Assembly: GCA_900234795.1 (NCBI GenBank)
Contig: LT962688.1
Span: 3,510,001 to 3,542,000, forward strand
Source: Methylorubrum extorquens
Lineage (GTDB): Bacteria > Pseudomonadota > Alphaproteobacteria > Rhizobiales > Beijerinckiaceae
Direction of reading: 5' to 3'
Length of the DNA: 32,000 nt
Shown: in pieces, positions 26,388 through 32,000 of the stretch
Numbering within the stretch: the stretch's first letter is position 1
Layout of the letters: the number at the start of each line of letters is the position of its first letter
Position numbers and translations under genes: made by a program
The notes under the pieces: generated by a model
Told to the model about the DNA's origin: nothing
The model's database searches: none
The model's input: the letters and a program-made list of their open reading frames with translations, nothing else

Positions 26388-28169
26388 CTAAGGCACCCCC
26401 ACCGCCTCCCTCGGAAACCGCATCGCGAACACGGCCCCCTGCCCCGGTCCGTCGGAAAACGCTTCGGCGCGGCCGCCGTGGAGTTCGGCGATGCGCTTGA
26501 CGATGGAGAGGCCGAGCCCCGTCGAGCCCTCGCCGCCGGTGGGCTTGGCCGAGAGGCGCTGGTAGCGGCCGAACAGGCGGCCGGCATCCTCCGGCGACAG
26601 GCCGGGGCCCTGGTCGGCCACCGCGCAGACGAGGTCGCCCGCCTCCTCCCGCACGCTCACCGCGATCGCGCCGCCGGGATAGGAATACTTGATCGCGTTC
26701 GAGACGAGGTTGTCGAGGGCCTCGCGCAGCCGCTCGGCGTCGCCGCAGAGCGAGAGCGGGCCGGCGAGATCCATCACCAGGCTCTGGTCCTTCGATTCGG
26801 CAAGCGGGCGGTTGGCCTCGCAGACCTCGCGAGCGAGGCCGGCGAGATCGACGGGCTCCCGCCGCAGCGTGATGTCGAGGGCGTCGTTCATGGCATCGGC
26901 CATGAGGCTGTCGATCATGTCGATCAGGCGCGTGGCCGAGGCGCGGATGTGCTCGACCTGGGTCAGCATCGCCGCCTGCGCCTTCTCCGCGCCGGAGGCA
27001 TCCCCCTGATCGAGGCCGACCAGGTCAGTCAGCATCTCGGAGCGGCCCAGGATCACCGAGAGCGGGTTCTTCAGGTCGTGGGCGATGGTGCCCAGAATCT
27101 CGGTCTTGAGGCTGTTGGCCCGGCGCAGGTCCGAGCGCTGCATGTCGAGGCGGCGGTTGGCGCGGATCAGCTCGGCGGTGCGCTCGACCACCCGCTGCTC
27201 CAAGGTGACGTTGGCGCGCTGCAGCCGCTCGTAGAGAATCACATTGTCGAAGGCGACCGAGAGGCGTCCCGCCAGCAGGGTGATCAGCGCCCGGTCGGTG
27301 TCGGAGAGCGGGCGGTCGGTGTCGATCAGCGCGACGATCTCGCTGCCGCTCGCGGTCTGGACATAGAGCGTGGAGAGGTTGTCGCCGAAGTTATGGCAGC
27401 GCGCGGCGAAGGCTTGCTCGACCAGGGGCTGGATGCCGGGATCGAGCGGCCAGCTGGGGTCGCGCCCGACATAGCCGCCATAGAGCCCCGAGCCCGCCAA
27501 CACGCAGAAGCCGCCCTCCCGCCGGTCGGCGGCATGCTCGCTCTCGCGCAGAACCAGGATGCCGGCGCAATCGACATTGAGCAGCGAGGCGACCTGGGTC
27601 AGCACCCCTTCGGCGAGCCGCTGCATCGACTTGTGGTCGAGCAGCATCGGTGCGGCGTCGATGATGATTTCCAGGCCGCGCCGTGTCTCGTCGAGCCTGC
27701 GAAGCTGCTGGTAGGCCCGGAGCGCCGCGGTGAGGCTGGTGAAGAGCTTGTCGGCGGTGAGTTCGGTCTTGGCCTTGTAGTCGTTGATGTCGTAATCGAC
27801 GATGACGCGCCGCTCCGGCGCCTGCCCTGGCTGGCCGGTGCGCAGGATGATGCGGACGGTCTCCTCCTTCAGCTCCCGGCGGATGTAATCGACGAGCCTC
27901 AGTCCGGCATCGTCGGTCTCCATCACCACATCGAGCAGCACGATGGCGATGTCGCGCCGCTCGGCGAGCAGCGCCCGCGCCTCCTGGGCCGAATAGGCGG
28001 AGAGGATGTCGAGACCCCGCCCGTCGAGGCTATAGCCGGCGAGCGCGTAGCGGGTGCCCTCGTGGACGGCCGGATCGTCGTCGACCACCGCGATGGTCCA
28101 GGTTCCGGCTCGGGTCGGCGCTTCCGCAGCCTCGTCGGGGATGAGTTCGAGCCAGTCATCGTCGTTCAT
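26388..28169 (-). CDS. Hybrid sensor: N-terminal receiver (REC), a DUF3369/GAF-like domain, HisKA and HATPase_c
   Basis: The ORF 26388..28295 was trimmed to the ATG at 28169. REC: IAVVDDDPAVH...VLLDVVMETDDAGL. DUF3369-like: DINDYKAKTELTADKLFTSLTAALRAYQQL. H-box: LGTIAHDLKNPLSVI. N/G boxes: LVSNAIKYS, DQGPGLSPED and GTGLGLSIVKRIAELHGG. Confidence 0.85.
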   Translation of the reverse strand: MNDDDWLELIPDEAAEAPTRAGTWTIAVVDDDPAVHEGTRYALAGYSLDGRGLDILSAYSAQEARALLAERRDIAIVLLDVVMETDDAGLRLVDYIRRELKEETVRIILRTGQPGQAPERRVIVDYDINDYKAKTELTADKLFTSLTAALRAYQQLRRLDETRRGLEIIIDAAPMLLDHKSMQRLAEGVLTQVASLLNVDCAGILVLRESEHAADRREGGFCVLAGSGLYGGYVGRDPSWPLDPGIQPLVEQAFAARCHNFGDNLSTLYVQTASGSEIVALIDTDRPLSDTDRALITLLAGRLSVAFDNVILYERLQRANVTLEQRVVERTAELIRANRRLDMQRSDLRRANSLKTEILGTIAHDLKNPLSVILGRSEMLTDLVGLDQGDASGAEKAQAAMLTQVEHIRASATRLIDMIDSLMADAMNDALDITLRREPVDLAGLAREVCEANRPLAESKDQSLVMDLAGPLSLCGDAERLREALDNLVSNAIKYSYPGGAIAVSVREEAGDLVCAVADQGPGLSPEDAGRLFGRYQRLSAKPTGGEGSTGLGLSIVKRIAELHGGRAEAFSDGPGQGAVFAMRFPREAVGVP

Positions 28170-28506
28170 CGCGTGAAGGCCTTCCGCAGTCTTCGAGGTC
28201 GCCCGCATGCATCCGCCGACCGAATCAGCGTAACGCATGCGCTCACGCCGCCCTTGATGCAGCGGCGCGAGCGGTGACGCCATTCGAAAGCACACACCGC
28301 GATGCTGAGCGAAATCTTGCGACGAAATCGTATCGAAAGGCGAGTGGTCTCAACACATGCCCCGCTGCTCGACGTCGGGCGGCTTCAATGATCGTGCACA
28401 AGTTTGGCGCGGCTTGCCCGCCTAGACCCGTTGATCGCCGTCCCCATGGTGTCGCCAAGCTAGGCCGGATCGGGCATGGTGAGGGCGAAAGCTGTTGAGG
28501 CCGGCC

Positions 28507-28519
28507 GAAAGTGCCTTTC
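28507..28519. promoter_or_regulatory. GAAAGTGCCTTTC palindrome upstream of the OmpR-family regulator gene
   Basis: This 13-mer is identical to the palindrome at 20166-20178. It sits in a 414-bp divergent intergenic region that also holds further CGAAAG copies near 28284, 28333 and 28484 and an inverted copy near 28551. Confidence 0.3.
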
Positions 28520-28583
28520 CGATTCGAGGGACGATCGAGGTGACCATCCAATTCCTTTCGCCGGACTGGACAGGCGCGGGTCG

Positions 28584-29318
28584 ATGACGGCGAGCGGCCC
28601 CCACATCGCCGTCGTGGACGACGAGGCCGATGCCCGCGCCATGGTCGGCGACTATCTGCGCCTGCACGGCTTCGACGTGGCCCTGTGCGAGGGCGGGCGG
28701 GCGCTGCGGGCGCATCTCCAGATCCGGACGCCGGACCTGATCGTGCTCGATCTGAATATGCCCGAGGAGGACGGCCTCTCCATCGTGCGGGATTTGAAGG
28801 CGCGAAGCCCGATACCGATCATCATGCTGACGGCGACGGCGAGTGCGATCGACCGGGTGGTGGGGCTCGAACTCGGTGCGGACGACTACCTGCCCAAGCC
28901 CTGCGAGTTGCGCGAACTCGTCGCCCGGGTGCGCTCTGTGCTTCGGCGGGCCCAGGTCGCGCCGGCGGCCCCGCAGGCGGCGGCGCCCGAAACCGCGGTG
29001 TCGGCGCGAACGGTTCGGTTCGGCACGAAGTGGCTCGAACTCGACGCCCTGCGCCTGCGCGACGATGCGGGCGTGGAGCAACCGCTCACCCGCTCGGAGT
29101 TCGATCTCCTCAAGGCCTTCGCCGACCATCCGAAACGGGCCCTGTCGCGCGAGCGCCTGCTCGACCTCGCCGATGCCCGCGATCCGGACGCGTTCGACCG
29201 AGCGATCGACGTGCGAATCAACCGTATCCGCAAGAAGGTGGAGCCGGACCCAGCCAACCCGCGCTACATCCGCACCGTGCGCGGCCTCGGCTACATCTTC
29301 CGCCCCGAAGGCGACTGA
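28584..29318 (+). CDS. OmpR/PhoB-family response regulator
   Basis: The ORF 28476..29318 was trimmed to the ATG at 28584. REC: IAVVDDEADAR...LIVLDLNMPEEDGL...MLTA...GADDYLPKP. The winged-helix region is LTRSEFDLLKAFADHPKRALSRERLLD...VDVRINRIRKKVE...IRTVRGLGYIF. Confidence 0.9.
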   Translation: MTASGPHIAVVDDEADARAMVGDYLRLHGFDVALCEGGRALRAHLQIRTPDLIVLDLNMPEEDGLSIVRDLKARSPIPIIMLTATASAIDRVVGLELGADDYLPKPCELRELVARVRSVLRRAQVAPAAPQAAAPETAVSARTVRFGTKWLELDALRLRDDAGVEQPLTRSEFDLLKAFADHPKRALSRERLLDLADARDPDAFDRAIDVRINRIRKKVEPDPANPRYIRTVRGLGYIFRPEGD

Positions 29319-29473
29319 AAGCGCCGTCCCGCCACCGAATGTTTCGTCGGCGGCTGCGAGACGCAACAATCGCCCCTGATCCGGTGATCCTGTGACGGGC
29401 GACGCAAAACGCCGGACATGGCCCCTGCCTACAAGCACTCCCATCAACGACGGCAAAGCCGCGGGAGGATGTC

Positions 29474-29773
29474 ATGCAGGGATTGGTTTCCATGATCGCC
29501 GGGAGCGCGGTTTTGTCCGCCGGCCTCGTTGCCGGCTTGGCCGCGACGGATGCCGCCGCCGGCCCGAAGCTGGCTTTGTCCGCAGCGCCCATCCAGGCGC
29601 CCGCCGCCATGGCGCCCAAGGTCACGGCTCTCAAGGTCACGGCGCCCAAGGCGACGGCGCTCACGGGCGAAACATCGGCGACCGCCCCCTGCGCCGCCGC
29701 GTGGCCCTACCAACGGGCGGCCTGTGCCGCCGACGGGCGCAAGGTCCGCATCATCGCTCTCACCGCGCGTTGA
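29474..29773 (+). CDS. Small secreted protein (99 aa) with Ala/Pro/Lys pentapeptide repeats and a C-terminal Cys pair motif, CAAAWPYQRAAC...VRIIAL
   Basis: A strong GGGAGGA RBS precedes the ATG. The signal-like N-terminus is MQGLVSMIAGSAVLSAGLVAGLAATDAAAG. Third-position GC is high. The gene lies between the regulator and kinase genes on the same strand. Confidence 0.6.
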   Translation: MQGLVSMIAGSAVLSAGLVAGLAATDAAAGPKLALSAAPIQAPAAMAPKVTALKVTAPKATALTGETSATAPCAAAWPYQRAACAADGRKVRIIALTAR

Positions 29774-29784
29774 GGAGGGCCGCC

Positions 29785-29988
29785 ATGCCGCATTTCTCGA
29801 AGGAGGATCTGGAGGCCTCGGCGGAGACGCTGGCCAACCTGCGGGAGATCCTGCACGGGCGCCAGCAGGGCGGGCGCGACGGCCGGCCCGTCCCGACGAC
29901 CCCGACCAAGGAAGGGCGCTTCGGCACCTCCGGCGGCCGGGGGGCCCCGGTGCGTAAGCGGCGCCACACGGCCCCGGCAGGCGCGTGA
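29785..29988 (+). CDS. Small hypothetical protein (67 aa): a helical N-terminus and a basic, Gly/Pro-rich tail
   Basis: This uses an internal ATG of ORF 29392..29988, preceded by GAGGAGGG, 12 nt after the previous stop. Third-position GC is very high. The N-terminus reads MPHFSKEDLEASAETLANLREILHGRQQGG.... Confidence 0.45.
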   Translation: MPHFSKEDLEASAETLANLREILHGRQQGGRDGRPVPTTPTKEGRFGTSGGRGAPVRKRRHTAPAGA

Positions 29989-30109
29989 CGACGGCTCGGT
30001 CCGTCGCCCCCATCCAGACCGGCACGACGCCCTTGTTCGGCGACGCGTTTCCGGCGACGATCCCGCTGCGACGAAGAACGCTCCCGAGGGAGCCCGCCAC
30101 GGGGCGAGG

Positions 30110-32000
30110 ATGCGGGTCGGCCGGAAGATTGCCCTGGTCGGCGGTGTCCCGATCCTCGTCGCCGCGGCGATCGCGGCGGCGGGCTGGTTCCTGCTCGCCC
30201 AGGGGGAGCGGGCCCGGGCCGGCGCCCTGCTCGCCGCCCGCGTCTATCACGACCTCACCCTGGCGCGGATGGTCCGCGACGATTCCGTCTCCGCCCGCGC
30301 CGACGCGCGCGCGGCAATCGAGACGCGGTTCTTCGACCTGACCGCCCGAGCCGGACGGGGCCTGGAGGCGCTTCAGAATCAGGCCCGCACCCGGAGCCAG
30401 GCCGAGCGGGCCGCAGCGGCGCGCCAATCCCTCGGCCGCTACGTGGCGCGGATGCGGGATTTCTCGGCGGTCGCCCGCGAGAATGACGGCCTCATCGCCG
30501 AGATGGGACAGCGCGCGAACCGCCTGACCGACCTTGCCGAACAGGCGCGCCAGCGCCAGCAGGCCGCCAACGTCGATCTTGCCTGGACGATGACGGGGAA
30601 AGTGAACCGGCTGCGTGCCACTCGCGACGTCGTGGCGGGGCTCAACGCCGTGCTGGCCGCCGCGTGGCAAGGTGCGCTTGCCCGGCAACGCGGCGAGGAG
30701 GCCGCACGCTCCGAGCGCACCCGCCTCGTCGATGCCGGCCGCGACCTCGCGGCGGCCCTGCGCGCCACCTCCCGCGAGACCGAAGCGACGGAGGCCGAGG
30801 GGCTGACCGCCTCGGAGCCGGCCGCCGGCGACCGGCTGACCGATTGGGGCGAACGCTGGCTCAAGACCGCAACCTCCGAGCAGCGCATGCTCGACGACGC
30901 GGTGGCGCAGCTCCTCGCCTCCGCAGGCGAGGCCAATGCGACCGAGCAGGCGACGCAGAATATCGGCATCGCCACGCTCAAGCTCGGCCAGCGCACCGCC
31001 GAGGCGCTGGCCCGGCGGGACGCGGAGGCCGTCTCCGCCATGCTCGGCGAGGGCGAGCGGCTCTCGGCGAGCGCCTCCGCCCTGCCGATCTCGCCGCTCA
31101 TCCAATCCGACATGATCGAGGCCATCGACGGCTGGCGCGCGCGGCTCGCCACCACGATCGACGGGCTCAAGCGCCAGAACGCGATGATTGCCGAGATGGA
31201 CGGCCTCGCCGCCGGCCTGAGCGAGGCCGCCCGCGACCTCAACGACGACGCGGTCGAGGATGCCGACCGGTTCGGCACTTTCCTCGGCCGGCTCCTCCTC
31301 GCTGGGGCGGCCATCGGCCTGCTGCTCGGAGCCCTCGTCGCATTGGCCGTCGCCCGCTCGATCCTCGTGCCGCTGCGCCAGCTTCAGGGCGACATGATCG
31401 CGCTCGCCGCCGACCCGAAGGCGGAGGGGCTCTCCGGCACGCAGCGCACGGACGAACTCGGCGACATCGCCCGCGCGACGAACTTCTTCGTGACCGAGAT
31501 CGGCCGGCGCGAACGGGCGCTGCGGCGGGCCAAGGATCAGGCGGACACCGCCCTGCACGATCTCCGCCAGGCCCAGGACGACCTGATCCGCGTGGAAAAG
31601 CTCGCCTCGCTGGGGCAGCTCGTGGCCGGCGTCGCCCACGAGATCAACACGCCGCTCGGCATCGCGCTGACCACCGCGACGCTGGTGCGCGACGAGACGC
31701 GGGCCTTCCAGGATTTGGTCGCGGCGGGCACGCTCTCGCGCTCGCGGCTGACCCATTTCGTCGATCGGGTCGGCGAGGGCGCGCAACTGCTCTGCGCAAA
31801 CCTGACCCGCGCCGCCGACCTCGTCCACGGCTTCAAGCAGGTGGCGGTGGACCGGGCGAGCGACGAGCGCCGGAGCTTCGACCTCGATGTCTGGCTCGGC
31901 GAACTGCTCGCGAGCCTCCAGCCGATGCTGCGCAAGGGCGGCCACAGGATTCGGTGTGAGGTCCCGCCCGGCATCGTCCTCGACACCTATCCCGGCGTGC
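30110..32000 (+). CDS. Sensor histidine kinase (TM, a long helical extracytoplasmic domain, TM, HAMP, HisKA). Its 3' end runs off the window.
   Basis: My own translation from the ATG at 30110 gives MRVGRKIALVGGVPILVAAAIAAAGWFLLAQ.... This is the first in-frame start after the stop at 29771-29773. The second TM is LLLAGAAIGLLLGALVALAVA. The HAMP region is RSILVPLRQLQGDMIALA...ELGDIARATNFFVTEI. The H-box is KLASLGQLVAGVAHEINTPLGI. The frame is open to position 32000, which explains its absence from the ORF track. The 833-aa ORF 29444..31945 (-) is its antisense shadow. Confidence 0.85.
   Translation, partial: MRVGRKIALVGGVPILVAAAIAAAGWFLLAQGERARAGALLAARVYHDLTLARMVRDDSVSARADARAAIETRFFDLTARAGRGLEALQNQARTRSQAERAAAARQSLGRYVARMRDFSAVARENDGLIAEMGQRANRLTDLAEQARQRQQAANVDLAWTMTGKVNRLRATRDVVAGLNAVLAAAWQGALARQRGEEAARSERTRLVDAGRDLAAALRATSRETEATEAEGLTASEPAAGDRLTDWGERWLKTATSEQRMLDDAVAQLLASAGEANATEQATQNIGIATLKLGQRTAEALARRDAEAVSAMLGEGERLSASASALPISPLIQSDMIEAIDGWRARLATTIDGLKRQNAMIAEMDGLAAGLSEAARDLNDDAVEDADRFGTFLGRLLLAGAAIGLLLGALVALAVARSILVPLRQLQGDMIALAADPKAEGLSGTQRTDELGDIARATNFFVTEIGRRERALRRAKDQADTALHDLRQAQDDLIRVEKLASLGQLVAGVAHEINTPLGIALTTATLVRDETRAFQDLVAAGTLSRSRLTHFVDRVGEGAQLLCANLTRAADLVHGFKQVAVDRASDERRSFDLDVWLGELLASLQPMLRKGGHRIRCEVPPGIVLDTYPGV

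Noticed and set aside
26478-31945. ORF 26478..28277 (+, 599 aa) and ORF 29444..31945 (-, 833 aa)
   Set aside because: Both lie antisense to clearly recognisable histidine kinase genes and have RGD/RRP-rich nonsense-like sequence. They are shadow ORFs.

Overview
This is a high-GC (about 70%) alphaproteobacterial chromosomal segment. It looks Methylobacterium/Hyphomicrobiales-like, judged from gene content and from GGAAC-N17-CGTT (EcfG-type) promoters. About 30 protein genes and one tRNA-Thr(UGU) are supported. I found no rRNA, CRISPR array, transposase, integrase or phage genes. The provided ORF track contains many long antisense or shadow ORFs typical of high-GC DNA. I kept only frames with recognisable protein motifs, high third-position GC, sensible starts and operon logic. 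Two edge-truncated genes are missing from the track: a LysR regulator at 1-845 (-) and a HAMP histidine kinase at 30110-32000 (+). Gene order: LysR and a divergent MFS transporter; three small proteins; a minus-strand, translationally coupled putative oxalate-assimilation operon (OFA transporter, FAH-family enzyme, PanE-like reductase, AAE3/Pcs60-like acyl-CoA ligase); two CsbD-type stress proteins, the first behind a canonical EcfG promoter; a PAS-GGDEF cyclase; a creatininase-family protein; an alpha/beta-hydrolase plus RhlB-like glycosyltransferase pair, both frameshifted, next to tRNA-Thr; yggU-like, cmk, aroA (class II-like) and a TIGR02300-like zinc-ribbon acidic protein; a cytoplasmic Mo-cofactor oxidoreductase plus FNR-like reductase operon behind a second EcfG-type promoter; a 17-bp tandem repeat array; a DUF2269-like membrane protein; a TonB-dependent receptor with an in-frame amber stop plus a PepSY protein; a Crp/Fnr regulator; a COG0523 GTPase relic; a VOC protein; and a signalling cluster (REC-GAF-like-HK hybrid, OmpR regulator, two small ORFs, HAMP kinase). 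I see no clear-cut new defence or mobile system. The most promising leads are: (1) the compact oxalate-to-glyoxylate module with an unexplained FAH enzyme; (2) the decayed rhlAB-like glycolipid cassette; (3) the stress-promoter-driven Mo-enzyme/FNR pair; (4) a GAAAG-N3-CTTTC palindrome array shared between two loci; and (5) a two-component system with two embedded small proteins. All family names come from motif recognition by eye and need confirmation by database searches.
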